Source: Octopus vulgaris (Eukaryota). From it: a stretch of 64,000 bases of DNA. The notes beneath the pieces are model-generated. The model saw only the letters and a program-made list of their open reading frames with translations. It was not told the DNA's origin and made no database searches. The stretch spans positions 8,308,001 through 8,372,000 of the forward strand of contig OX597832.1 of the NCBI GenBank assembly GCA_951406725.2, read 5' to 3'. Below are positions 40,410 through 53,730 of the stretch, piece after piece (the first letter of the stretch is position 1; each line of letters begins with the position of its first letter). The translations under genes and the position numbers were made by a program.

Positions 40410-41273
40410 GAGTGTATTTTTACCTTGTTAAAAATTAACACGGAAAAAATAAATCAATAGTTACAAGGGTAGCAAAAATCTCACAAGTAAAGAGGTTGTA
40501 ACTCCTTGTTTATAAAGCTAGAAACATGTGTCGAAAGTAAAAATATTTGATTTATACCTGCGTTAAACTCCATTTATTTATTCATATATATATATATGCT
40601 CATATATAGTATACATATACATACACATGTATATACCCAAGAAACTATATGTGTATACATACATATATCTATCTTTCGATATGTATACATATATATACCG
40701 TTTTCTTCCTCCATCCTTCTCTAATTCCTTTTTTCTTCCCCTCTTTCCTTTAACGTTTTCTACCCATCTCTCTCTTTCACCTCTTTCTCTCTCGTTGCTA
40801 ACACGTGATCATCGTCCATCTTCCTTTTCCTCAAGATTAAATCTTTCTTTTCTTGCACGGATATTTAAAGGAATGAACGTGTCTTTTCTCTCTTTTCTAT
40901 CCTATCACTTTTCAAAAAAATGTTTTTCCCAGCGTTCACTATTTCCCTCTCGTTCTGGTCTAACGACCATCCACGTTTGAATTCGTTAGGTTTCCTTGTA
41001 TGTGCCTACTGTGGTTTTTTTTTGTTCTGAACCTTGTCCCTCCATAAATCACGAATTTCATTTTATAATTAATGAGAAGAACTGTCTTTGAAGACTCATA
41101 TTGTCATTGAATGCTCGGAATCAGGAGTAGACAGCCGACAACTGATGAAGGGTCCTTTCTCTGTGTTAAATTGTCTTTGTTTCTCGTCGTTAACGTATTT
41201 CATGTTATTTACATCGTTGGTGACGTTCTGTACTCATATATGCATTTACATATATATATGTATATTATAGTCC

Positions 41274-41320
<47 letters not shown>

Positions 41321-41364
41321 AAACAAGTAAAAAATAGAAAATGCTAAAATAATTTTATAGTGAA

Positions 41365-41412
41365 CATTTCAGTACCGGTTTCGGTCATTTTGAGACCTTT
41401 TCAACTGTAACG
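41365..41412 (-). ncRNA. Minimal hammerhead ribozyme, U3-A8 variant
   Basis: Reverse complement of 49294-49341. Confidence 0.75.
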
Positions 41413-42147
41413 ATTAAATAATTAAATTTAGAAAAATTAGAAGAAAAGTTTTTTTAAAAGAATATTTCTATAGTAGTGTTCAGATTTAAGTGGCATTCTG
41501 CCTTTCTCTGACTCCCTTGTTTGCACTTGTGTGTTCGAGGTAGTTGTGAGTTCTTGGTAGGGTAGTAGAGGGAAGGCTGGTGAGGAAAGGGGGTGGGAGA
41601 ATCTGGGAGTGCCCTGATGGTCGTATTTTGAATGGTCAGTGGCGGCTGGCAGTCTCAGTTCAATTCAGGATTGTTTATAGAATTAGCGTAGGTGTTATAC
41701 TAAAAAACATTAGTGACAAACTTAAGGGGTAGGGGGTGGAGAAGAAGAAGAAGAAGAAGAAGAAGAAGAAGAAGAAGGAGAAGGAGAAGATGATGGTGAT
41801 GGTGGTGATGATTATGACGACGATGATGATGATAACGATGATGATGAAGAAGAAGAAGAAGAAGAAGAAGAAGAAGAAGAAGAAGAAGAAGAAGAAGAAG
41901 AAGAAGAAGAAGAAGAAGAAGAAGAAGAAGGAGAAGGAGAAGATGGTGGTGATGATGGTGGTGATGATGATGACGCCGATGATGATGATAACGATGATGA
42001 TGAAGAAGAAGAAGAAGAAAAAAACAGAGAAGGGAGAATATGAATGGGTGTAAATATAGCTATGAAGGGGCTGATTAGTAATGGATTCTATGGAGTGTAG
42101 TATTTGTGTGTGTATATATATTTTTTTCTTTTATTCTAAAGTTGAGG

Positions 42148-44500
42148 TATATTAATTGTTTGTCGTAGACCCGTTAAGAAGTGGCTTGTATTTTGTAATA
42201 AAGAGATTTTCTTTACTTATTCTTTGTCTCGAGGTTGTATCGTCCCTAAATTGGTAGAGGGGAAAATTCTGAAGTTTGGTGTTTTTTTGTTGGCGCAAGT
42301 ATCTATGTGTTGGCTAAAAGCTATTTTTCTGTTTTGGGGAATTTTTATCTGGGATCTGTGCAGGGCCATTCGTTTACGCAAACCATTTTTTGTTTGGCCT
42401 ATGTACTGCTCTTGACACCCGGAGCAGGTTAGTGAGTATATTAGGTTCTCCGAAGCACATGTGAAGTTGCTTTTCACTGTAAACCGTTGTCCCTGTTTGA
42501 AGGAGAACTCCGAACCCTCGATTAGATAGTCGCATATCCCGCAATTGGGTCTTCCACATTTTTTTACTGTCGGCTTCTGTGTTGAAGAGTGAATTCGGGC
42601 TTGTGTAAGGAGACTTTTCATGGATCTAGGCTGTCTTTTGCTTTTTATGATCGTGTGTGTTTTTGGAGGATTGTGTTCATTCTGTGGTCTTTTTTTAGGA
42701 GGGGTATGTTGTGGAGGATGGTGTCGAAGGCTTCGTTATTGAGAGGGTTGTGTGTGGAGATGTATGGTAAGGCTTTTGGTTGTAAGTTTTTCTTTGATTT
42801 GGGATGTCTCAGTTCCTTGATGTTAAGTTGAAGGGCACGTTGAATGCACTTGTCAATAAGTGAAGGTGGATAGTTCCTGGTGATTAGGGTATCTTTTAGT
42901 TCTTGTAGTCGTGTGTCTCTGGTGTTTGCGTTAGAGACTATAGTGCATATCCTTTTTGCTAGATTGAAGGGGATATTCATCCTGGTGTGTCTGGGGTGGC
43001 ATGAATTGAATGGAAGATATTGCTTAGAGTCTGTAGGCTTATAGTATATGTCTGTTTCTATTATATCATTAGCTTTCTTAATGAGGATATCGAGGAAGGG
43101 GAGTTGTTGTTGGCTATATTCCATCGTGAATTGGATGTTTACGTCCAGTCCGTTTAAAATTTTCTGGAATTCTATGAGTTTTTCTATATTTTTATGCCAA
43201 AGGATGAAACAGTCATCTAGATATCTCTTCCAGTTGTTTTCTATGTAGATGGAGAAAGGGCTGCCATATCTTTCTAGAACCTTACGATACAGACTGATCT
43301 CTAGGTATCCTATGACTAGGTTGGCAAAGGAGGGGGCCATTCGTGTACCCATCGCAGTCCCCGATTTTTGTCGGTAGAAGTTGTCATTGAAGGCGAAGAA
43401 GTTATTTTCCAGGATGAATTTAACCCCTTCTATCACAAATTCTTTTTTGATGCGGTGTGGTAGTTCGTTGGCGTGATTCTCTAGCCAGAATTGGATTGCC
43501 TCTAGTCCTAGGTTGTGGGGGATATTGGAGTAGAGGTTGACTACATCGAAGGATACCAGTATGGTGTTTTTGTTTATAGTATTCGGTAGGTGATTGAGCA
43601 TATCTAAGTCGTCCCTTATATAGCTTTTGACATGTTTGAGGAGTGGTTTTAACAGGGTGTCTAAAAAGTTACTGAGGCGGTGGGTTTCGCATGCGGGACC
43701 TGCTATTATGGGTCTCAATTTGAGGTCATTAGGATTAGGGACTTTAATTATTTTGTCTGTAGCTATCTTGCATGCTTTGCTTATTTTTTCACTTTTGTGG
43801 ATCTTAGGTATACCGTAGAATTGGCTAGTTTTACTTGTGAAATTGGTCATATAATCATATTCTTTGTCGGTGAGCCCTGCTTTGTATGGGTTTAATATGG
43901 ATTTTAGTTCCCTCATTATTTTTTGTTGACTGTAGTTTTGTGCCTTTTCATAGTATGTTGTGTCTTCCAGCATAGAAAGTACCAAAGTTATGTAAAATGT
44001 CGTATCCATTAAGACAACAGCACTCCCTTTATCGGCCTCTTTGATTGTTATTGTTTTATCTAGTTTTAATTTGTTCAACTCAGCCCATTCTTTTTTTGCT
44101 GAAGTTTGGTTTGTGTTTTTGTTTGTGCATATGTTGATATGGGTAATTTGATATGTGGTCACAGAAATCATCAAGTGTTTTATTCTTACCTTTCGAGGGG
44201 GTGTAGTTACTCCTATTTCTGGCTAACGATTCGTCCTCGTTGTATTTATCGTATAGCTCCTCAGTAAGTCTTAATTTTCTGCAGAATTCTGCGATGTCTT
44301 CTTTCATTTCATTGTAGTTGGGGTGTTGTGGGGTGGGTGTAAACTTGAGTCCTTTGGAAAGTATGTTTATTTGGTTTGCTGTTAGTTCCTTGTGAGTTAG
44401 ATTAATAATTTTTATTACTTTTGGTTCCTCCTGCTTGTTTGGTGCTATCTTGTGTCTCTGTGTTTGCGTATTGGGTCTAAAAAATGAATGCGGTGGTTGG
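42148..44500 (-). CDS. PLE RT + Zn finger + GIY-YIG (split by 1-bp homopolymer indels)
   Basis: KEADKGSAVV, FYGIPKIHK, LRPIIAG, SFDVVNLYSNIPH, GTAMGTRMAPSFANL, RYLDD, LPFLDI, CGRPNCGIC, NLIYSLTC...YIGQT. Confidence 0.9.
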
Positions 44501-45360
44501 GACGGTAGCTAGTATATAGTTGTTCTTTGTTGATTAGGGGTCTCCTGTTGTGATTTGTGGTGTGTGTTCTTGGAGCAGTATTGAGGAGAGCATCCCGATA
44601 TCCCATATTCGGGTGTGGTGTTCTAGGAGGCCTTCGTAGGTAATCATTGCAAGTGGTGTGGGTTTGTTGTGCATGGTTGTTTAACCGGTTAATGGGACGA
44701 AGATTTCGTTGGTAACTCCTTTGGGTGGGGATGAGGTTGCAGTGTCTATGCTGTGGGTGTTGATTTATCCTTTCTCTGCTTGAAGTGGGGTATTCCTGAT
44801 ATTGTATCGCTGGCTGCTTACAGAGTTGGGGTTAGGTCCTGTATTCTTTTTTGATAGTAGTGAAGGTTCCGATTTTTAGACGGGTGTGTATCGGTGTTTG
44901 GGTGTTGTTTTGGTTTTCTTATTTTCTGGAAAGGGTTGTTGGAGGCGTGCTCTGTTTGAAAGACGGCTTCATAGTCTGAGAACCAAGTGGCGCTTTTCTC
45001 CCAGCGTTGGAGAGATTTTAGTTCTTCTTTTTCACAGTCCTCTTTCCATAGTTTGGAGAACTTCTCTTGATCTGGGCCTTGGGTCATTTTGCGAATTTCT
45101 TCGTTGATATCTTCATCGGTGGATTTTATTTTATCCTCATTCGTTTGGGCCCTCAATTTCAGAAGTTCTATTTCCATTTTCATTTTTCCAGTGCCATTCT
45201 CTCCCTGAGGTGTCTTTGTGTTTCAGGTTCTTCTGTAATAGCTTTGAACTGGAATTTACGTGGGAGGATTAACGGGGTCCGGTTGAGCCATTTTTCGTAT
45301 ATATCCGCTTTGTTGTTGTTTTGGATCATCTTCCAAAAGGCGAACTTTCTATCTCTGAGT

Positions 45361-46270
45361 GATAGAAAGTTCGCCTTTTGGAAGATGATCCAAAACAACA
45401 ACAAAGCGGATATATACGAAAAATGGCTCAACCGGACCCCGTTAATCCTCCCACGTAAATTCCAGTTCAAAGCTATTACAGAAGAACCTGAAACACAAAG
45501 ACACCTCAGGGAGAGAATGGCACTGGAAAAAATGAAAATGGAAATAGAACTTCTGAAATTGAGGGCCCAAACGAATGAGGATAAAATAAAATCCACCGAT
45601 GAAGATATCAACGAAGAAATTCGCAAAATGACCCAAGGCCCAGATCAAGAGAAGTTCTCCAAACTATGGAAAGAGGACTGTGAAAAAGAAGAACTAAAAT
45701 CTCTCCAACGCTGGGAGAAAAGCGCCACTTGGTTCTCAGACTATGAAGCCGTCTTTCAAACAGAGCACGCCTCCAACAACCCTTTCCAGAAAATAAGAAA
45801 ACCAAAACAACACCCAAACACCGATACACACCCGTCTAAAAATCGGAACCTTCACTACTATCAAAAAGAATACAGGACCTAACCCCAACTCTGTAAGCAG
45901 CCAGCGATACAATATCAGGAATACCCCCACTTCAAGCAGAGAAAGGATAAATCAACACCCACAGCATAGACACTGCAACCTCATCCCCACCCAAAGGAGT
46001 TACCAACGAAATCTTCGTCCCATTAACCGGTTAAACAACCATGCACAACAAACCCACACCACTTGCAATGATTACCTACGAAGGCCTCCTAGAACACCAC
46101 ACCCGAATATGGGATATCGGGATGCTCTCCTCAATACTGCTCCAAGAACACACACCACAAATCACAACAGGAGACCCCTAATCAACAAAGAACAACTATA
46201 TACTAGCTACCGTCCCAACCACCGCATTCATTTTTTAGACCCAATACGCAAACACAGAGACACAAGATAG
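45361..46270 (+). CDS. 5'-truncated PLE ORF1 (charged, coiled-coil-like, then low-complexity basic)
   Basis: DRKFAFWKMIQNNNKADIYEKWL...LRERMALEKMKMEIELLKLRAQ... With one A-run indel near 45865 it continues to ...GYRDALL...RIHFLDPIRKHRDTR*. Confidence 0.65.
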
Positions 46271-48558
46271 CACCAAACAAGCAGGAGGAACCAAAAGTAA
46301 TAAAAATTATTAATCTAACTCACAAGGAACTAACAGCAAACCAAATAAACATACTTTCCAAAGGACTCAAGTTTACACCCACCCCACAACACCCCAACTA
46401 CAATGAAATGAAAGAAGACATCGCAGAATTCTGCAGAAAATTAAGACTTACTGAGGAGCTATACGATAAATACAACGAGGACGAATCGTTAGCCAGAAAT
46501 AGGAGTAACTACACCCCCTCGAAAGGTAAGAATAAAACACTTGATGATTTCTGTGACCACATATCAAATTACCCATATCAACATATGCACAAACAAAAAC
46601 ACAAACCAAACTTCAGCAAAAAAGAATGGGCTGAGTTGAACAAATTAAAACTAGATAAAACAATAACAATCAAAGAGGCCGATAAAGGGAGTGCTGTTGT
46701 CTTAATGGATACGACATTTTACATAACTTTGGTACTTTCTATGCTGGAAGACACAACATACTATGAAAAGGCACAAAACTACAGTCAACAAAAAATAATG
46801 AGGGAACTAAAATCCATATTAAACCCATACAAAGCAGGGCTCACCGACAAAGAATATGATTATATGACCAATTTCACAAGTAAAACTAGCCAATTCTACG
46901 GTATACCTAAGATCCACAAAAGTGAAAAAATAAGCAAAGCATGCAAGATAGCTACAGACAAAATAATTAAAGTCCCTAATCCTAATGACCTCAAATTGAG
47001 ACCCATAATAGCAGGTCCCGCATGCGAAACCCACCGCCTCAGTAACTTTTTAGACACCCTGTTAAAACCACTCCTCAAACATGTCAAAAGCTATATAAGG
47101 GACGACTTAGATATGCTCAATCACCTACCGAATACTATAAACAAAAACACCATACTGGTATCCTTCGATGTAGTCAACCTCTACTCCAATATCCCCCACA
47201 ACCTAGGACTAGAGGCAATCCAATTCTGGCTAGAGAATCACGCCAACGAACTACCACACCGCATCAAAAAAGAATTTGTGATAGAAGGGGTTAAATTCAT
47301 CCTGGAAAATAACTTCTTCGCCTTCAATGACAACTTCTACCGACAAAAATCGGGGACTGCGATGGGTACACGAATGGCCCCTCCTTTGCCAACCTAGTCA
47401 TAGGATACCTAGAGATCAGTCTGTATCGTAAGGTTCTAGAAAGATATGGCAGCCCTTTCTCCATCTACATAGAAAACAACTGGAAGAGATATCTAGATGA
47501 CTGTTTCATCCTTTGGCATAAAAATATAGAAAAACTCATAGAATTCCAGAAAATTTTAAACGGACTGGACGTAAACATCCAATTCACGATGGAATATAGC
47601 CAACAACAACTCCCCTTCCTCGATATCCTCATTAAGAAAGCTAATGATATAATAGAAACAGACATATACTATAAGCCTACAGACTCTAAGCAATATCTTC
47701 CATTCAATTCATGCCACCCCAGACACACCAGGATGAATATCCCCTTCAATCTAGCAAAAAGGATATGCACTATAGTCTCTAACGCAAACACCAGAGACAC
47801 ACGACTACAAGAACTAAAAGATACCCTAATCACCAGGAACTATCCACCTTCACTTATTGACAAGTGCATTCAACGTGCCCTTCAACTTAACATCAAGGAA
47901 CTGAGACATCCCAAATCAAAGAAAAACTTACAACCAAAAGCCTTACCATACATCTCCACACACAACCCTCTCAATAACGAAGCCTTCGACACCATCCTCC
48001 ACAACATACCCCTCCTAAAAAAAGACCACAGAATGAACACAATCCTCCAAACACACACGATCATAAAAAGCAAAAGACAGCCTAGATCCATGAAAAGTCT
48101 CCTTACACAAGCCCGAATTCACTCTTCAACACAGAAGCCGACAGTAAAAAAATGTGGAAGACCCAATTGCGGGATATGCGACTATCTAATCGAGGGTTCG
48201 GAGTTCTCCTTCAAACAGGGACAACGGTTTACAGTGAAAAGCAACTTCACATGTGCTTCGGAGAACCTAATATACTCACTAACCTGCTCCGGGTGTCAAG
48301 AGCAGTACATAGGCCAAACAAAAATGGTTTGCGTAAACGAATGGCCCTGCACAGATCCCAGATAAAAATTCCCCAAAACAGAAAAATAGCTTTTAGCCAA
48401 CACATAGATACTTGCGCCAACAAAAAAACACCAAACTTCAGAATTTTCCCCTCTACCAATTTAGGGACGATACAACCTCGAGACAAAGAATAAGTAAAGA
48501 AAATCTCTTTATTACAAAATACAAGCCACTTCTTAACGGGTCTACGACAAACAATTAA
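46207..48558 (+). CDS. PLE RT + Zn finger + GIY-YIG (split by 1-bp homopolymer indels)
   Basis: KIINLTHKEL...LSKGLKFTPTP N-terminus, RT motifs as in the left arm, and a C-terminus restorable to ...KENLFITKYKPLLN, matching the 4998-5477 homologue. Confidence 0.9.
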
Positions 48559-49293
48559 TATACCTCAACTTTAGAATAAAAGAAAAAAATATATATACAC
48601 ACACAAATACTACACTCCATAGAATCCATTACTAATCAGCCCCTTCATAGCTATATTTACACCCATTCATATTCTCCCTTCTCTGTTTTTTCTTCTTCTT
48701 CTTCTTCATCATCATCGTTATCATCATCATCGGCGTCATCATCATCACCACCATCATCACCACCATCTTCTCCTTCTCCTTCTTCTTCTTCTTCTTCTTC
48801 TTCTTCTTCTTCTTCTTCTTCTTCTTCTTCTTCTTCTTCTTCTTCTTCTTCTTCTTCTTCATCATCATCGTTATCATCATCATCGTCGTCATAATCATCA
48901 CCACCATCACCATCATCTTCTCCTTCTCCTTCTTCTTCTTCTTCTTCTTCTTCTTCTTCTTCTTCTCCACCCCCTACCCCTTAAGTTTGTCACTAATGTT
49001 TTTTAGTATAACACCTACGCTAATTCTATAAACAATCCTGAATTGAACTGAGACTGCCAGCCGCCACTGACCATTCAAAATACGACCATCAGGGCACTCC
49101 CAGATTCTCCCACCCCCTTTCCTCACCAGCCTTCCCTCTACTACCCTACCAAGAACTCACAACTACCTCGAACACACAAGTGCAAACAAGGGAGTCAGAG
49201 AAAGGCAGAATGCCACTTAAATCTGAACACTACTATAGAAATATTCTTTTAAAAAAACTTTTCTTCTAATTTTTCTAAATTTAATTATTTAAT

Positions 49294-49341
49294 CGTTACA
49301 GTTGAAAAGGTCTCAAAATGACCGAAACCGGTACTGAAATG
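49294..49341 (+). ncRNA. Minimal type I hammerhead ribozyme, U3-A8 variant
   Basis: cgttacag TTGAAAA ggtc tcaaaat gacc GAAA ccg GTA ctgaaatg, with palindromic stem III ACCGGT. Confidence 0.78.
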
Positions 49342-49423
49342 TTCACTATAAAATTATTTTAGCATTTTCTATTTTTTACTTGTTTTTTCATATATATCAA
49401 CTCGTGTGTTCCTTTTCACCCTT

Positions 49424-49533
<110 letters not shown>

Positions 49534-49636
49534 TATTATTTAACTGAACGCGACGCATTCATTTCCAAGTAAGTATATAAGTATATATAGACTAAACCTT
49601 TTTTCTATTTTCTCTCCCTGTTTATTTCTGTGTTCC

Positions 49637-49670
49637 TTTCTGTCGAAGAGATTACGCTCGAAACGTAAAA
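49637..49670 (+). ncRNA. Degenerate hammerhead-like motif in a short PLE tail (about 49600-49755)
   Basis: ttt CTGTCGA a gag attacg ctc GAAA c GTA aaa. Same layout as 36056 and 23994. Confidence 0.5.
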
Positions 49671-49789
49671 TACTTTCTCACTTCCCGAGCACTAAACGAG
49701 TACGTCTGTTTACACACCTGTCTTCATCTTTTGTTCTTTTGTACATTCTCACTATATATATGTATATGATTCTGTTTGCATGTTTATAT

Positions 49790-50110
49790 TCTTTTATTCT
49801 TGTAATTGTGTCAGTCATTGATTGCGGCTATGCTGGAACACCGCCTTTAGTCGAAAAAAATTATTGTATGTACTAGTACTTATACCGAACCACTAAGCTA
49901 CGGTAAGTAAGCACACCAACATCGGTTGTCAATCAATGGTGGAGGGCAAACAGACACACAAATACATATAGATATATAGATATACAATGACCTTCTTTCG
50001 ATTTCCGTCTACCAAATCTACTCACAAGGCTTCGGTCAGCCTGAAGACAGCTGTGCAAGGTGCTACAGACGTGGTTGGGAAGCAAGCTTCTTAGCACACA
50101 GCTTCTCCAC
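49790..50110 (-). mobile_element. Degenerate OK-like SINE
   Basis: Colinear with 60187-60606. Confidence 0.7.
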
Positions 50111-50399
50111 ACTCACACATATAAATATGCAAATTATGCATACACATATATGTATATATGTGTGTGTGTGTGTCCAAAAACAAAGAATAAAAGGTAAATA
50201 TGTACATGTGGTTGCGTATGAACATACATATATATATATCACTTTTACATACACATACATACACGATAAACCACACACACGCGCGTATGTAGGTGTTAGT
50301 GTCTGTGTAGGTATTCAGCTTTTTATGTACTATGATAAGCACGAAGATATATGTGTGGGATTTTGTATGTGAGTGAGTGTGTGTGTGTGTGAGAGAGAA

Positions 50400-50433
<34 letters not shown>

Positions 50434-50898
50434 TTAATATTAATGTACGTATTTGCGTGAGTATTAGCTGCTGCAGTCAAATGCTCTTGTACATCGACTC
50501 GTAAACGATACGCATGTCTAAATAACTGTATAATATATTGAGAGATATATGGCTAGTAAAAGTGAAACTGCAGTGTGATTAATATTCCCAATAGCTACGA
50601 TGCATTAATAGTTCCTCATGTGAGATAATTTAATATTCGAGCTGATAAGTCACACTGAATAATTCCAGTAGGCTACACTTGCTATTTCACGGTGCTAGCT
50701 TCCTTTCTATTTACATCTCGCCATTTATGCACGCATAAATACACGGATATGGATACTTACACACACGTATAGACACACGCACATTTATATGCACATATAA
50801 CCACATACGTATACATATATGTATGTATGTATATATGTATGGATGGATGGATGTACCTATGTATCTCTCCCTTTCTCTCCCTTTCTCTCTCTCTCTCG

Positions 50899-50955
<57 letters not shown>

Positions 50956-51148
50956 TATATGTATATATACATATATGCACTAACGGACACACACATATGT
51001 ATAGCTGCATGCATGCATATTATTAATCTGTACAAAAATATACCACAATGTACACATATATCTATCTATATATCTATCTATTTATCTATCTATCTATATA
51101 TATATATATATATTTATTTTATATATATATATAATATTTTTATATATG

Positions 51149-51191
<43 letters not shown>

Positions 51192-51501
51192 TTATGTATA
51201 AATGTGTGTACATATATATATATATATATATATGTATATACATATATATATATTATACATTGTTATTATAGATATGTGATATATGTATATCCATCTACGT
51301 GCGTGTGGGTATAGGTGCATGTGCATGCGTGTGTGAGTGTGTGTATCTGTGTGAGGGAGTGCGCGCACACGCGTGCGTGTGTGTGTGTACAGATATATGA
51401 ATGTTGATATATTCAAGGAACATTGTTTCCATTTTTATTTATGGAACATTGACGTGAGGCACGTGCATACACTTCATATCGTTTTGCTTCAAAAAATCAA
51501 C

Positions 51502-51541
<40 letters not shown>

Positions 51542-51934
51542 TACGTAAAGGCATACATAGATGCATACATGCAAGCAGACATACATACATGCGTACATGT
51601 ACTCATGCAAGCATGCATGCATAATATACAGGCATGTGGGTATAGTAATGTGTGTGTGACTGCTTGTATGTGACTGTATGTATGTATCTTCCATATATTT
51701 ATATTTAATATATGATATATATAACATATACATACATACATACACACACACACATATGCATATATATATATGTGTGTGTGTGTGTGTGTTGTGTATATAT
51801 ATATATGTATATATATAGATATGCATATATAGAATTACGTCTTTCGATACAAGACTAGATATTTACATATGTTTATACACGGATGCAGGACGGTGTGTAG
51901 AAAAACACACACACGATATATGAGTATATGTGAG

Positions 51935-51973
<39 letters not shown>

Positions 51974-52297
51974 GTATGTATTTATATATTACTACGAGGT
52001 AAAATATCACAATTGTACACTGTGGGGATTAAAGAGTTATGAGGCTTGGCGTATAAATGTATGATGTCAGAGTCTTTAATTCACTTGTTGCTTTGTTTTC
52101 ATGTTTTATGTGTCGGCTATGCCTTGTACGTACGTATGTATGTATGTATGTATGTATGTATGTATGTATGTATGTATGTATGTATGTATGCATGTATGTA
52201 TGTATGTATGTATACATGCATATATGTGCTCATGCTTCGGTGATTGTGCATATCTATATCCATATATATATATATATATTTATATAAGCATTATGTA

Positions 52298-52337
<40 letters not shown>

Positions 52338-53443
52338 GTGTGTATATACATACATATATAACCATACATATATATACCCATATACATATATATATGTATA
52401 TATTTATATTTATATATACTCTATAATATATGTATATGTGTGTGTACATGTGTGTGTGTAATCTTTTTTTAAGCTCTGTACTAAATTTGAAGTATCTAAT
52501 TTAAAAAATCTGTTATTTTTATATGTAGGCCAATGCTTAGCTAGGATTTATAATCACTAGCGAACACATTGTCGTCCCGTTATACCTGAATATGTTAAAT
52601 AAAACTTTAGCTCCATTCGGGTTTGTATTATGCACAAAATGTGATTCTTGATGAGCTTCAGCAAAAAAATATTGTAAATGAATCCATTATGTTGGGCCCC
52701 AGTAGATTGCATTTGTAAGATTCCTGTAATCCCTTTTATTCTTCACACTTCTACTTGCGTGAAATATCATGATATATGATTATTTTACTCTCGAGGAATT
52801 GTGTTTCCATGGATGGATAAGAAAATTAGATATGGAAATCAAGCATTCTTTTATCGAGCTGTCTAAATCTGCGCTCAGCGAATTGTTCAGTAAATTTTCA
52901 CTTACAGAACATAGTTTTACGCTAAGAGATTTGATATGCAAGATGTAGGCTCTTCACACTCTTTTTATTCAAAATTTCTTCACAAAAGACAAAAAAAAAT
53001 ATGCTTAGAAACGATTATCACCTTCTCAGCAATATATCTCTTTGAATCTCTGTCTCTACCATAGTATATACTGCTTCCTGTAAGACCACCATGTGCGAGA
53101 CACTGATTAGATTCAAAATACTATCCGCTAAAATTGATGGCAAACGATGAAATAAAAAGCACATGGTCCTTACTTATCCCGACGGTCAAAACAAAGAATA
53201 GAATACAGATAGATGTTCCACATTTGCATCCGAGAAAAGCAAACGTGTGCTTCTGTCTTGAAACGTAGCGAGAGAAATAACTGTGGCTACATTAAGGACA
53301 CTTACGCATAGAAAATTAATGCTGGATATATACAAAGAAAGAAAAAAACTATAGATATTAACCTATTATCCTTGCATCTGAACATTAATATTATTTCAGT
53401 CTACGACGTCTGTAAACTCGGGTTTTGATTGATATCGTGTTAA

Positions 53444-53730
53444 GGCACGTGGCTTAATGGTTAGGGTTTTCAGCTCACGATCATAAGGCTGTGAGTTCCA
53501 ATCCCGGCGACGCGTTGTGTCCTTCACATTGCTCCAGTCCACTCATCTGGTAAAAATGAGTAGTAGCTTCATTTCAAAGGACTGGCCTTGTCACATTCTG
53601 TGCCACGCTGAACCTCTCTGAGAACTATGTTAAGGGTACCTGTGTCTTGTGGAGTACGCAGCCACTTGCACGTTAATTTCATGAGTAGGTTATTTCGTTG
53701 ATCGGTTCAACTGGAACCATCGTCGTCGTA
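53444..53730 (+). mobile_element. tRNA-derived SINE
   Basis: A box TGGCTTAATGGTTAG, B-box-like GAGTTCCAATCCC. Homologous to 20445-20726. Confidence 0.8.

Larger units (their letters stand above)
41316..45353 (-). mobile_element. Neptune-type PLE, left arm of the palindrome
   Basis: Reverse complement of 45361-49390. ORFs 45180-45626, 44818-45183, 44080-44307, 42645-44174 and 42217-42621 are pieces of ORF1 and RT-EN. Confidence 0.95.
45361..49390 (+). mobile_element. Neptune-type PLE, right arm of the palindrome
   Basis: 5'-truncated ORF1, RT-EN ORF, 3' UTR with (TTC)/(ATC) arrays, hammerhead, and a (TA)n junction. Confidence 0.95.

Noticed and set aside
41082-41150. Hammerhead-like remnant (ctgtc TTTGAAGA...GGAA...GTA gacag) and a nearby CTGATGA
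   Set aside because: Stem I pairs, but the core and stems II/III are too degenerate to call.
45067-45882. 271-aa ORF spanning the palindrome centre as a novel protein
   Set aside because: Its N-terminal part is the antisense mirror of ORF1 created by the fold-back.
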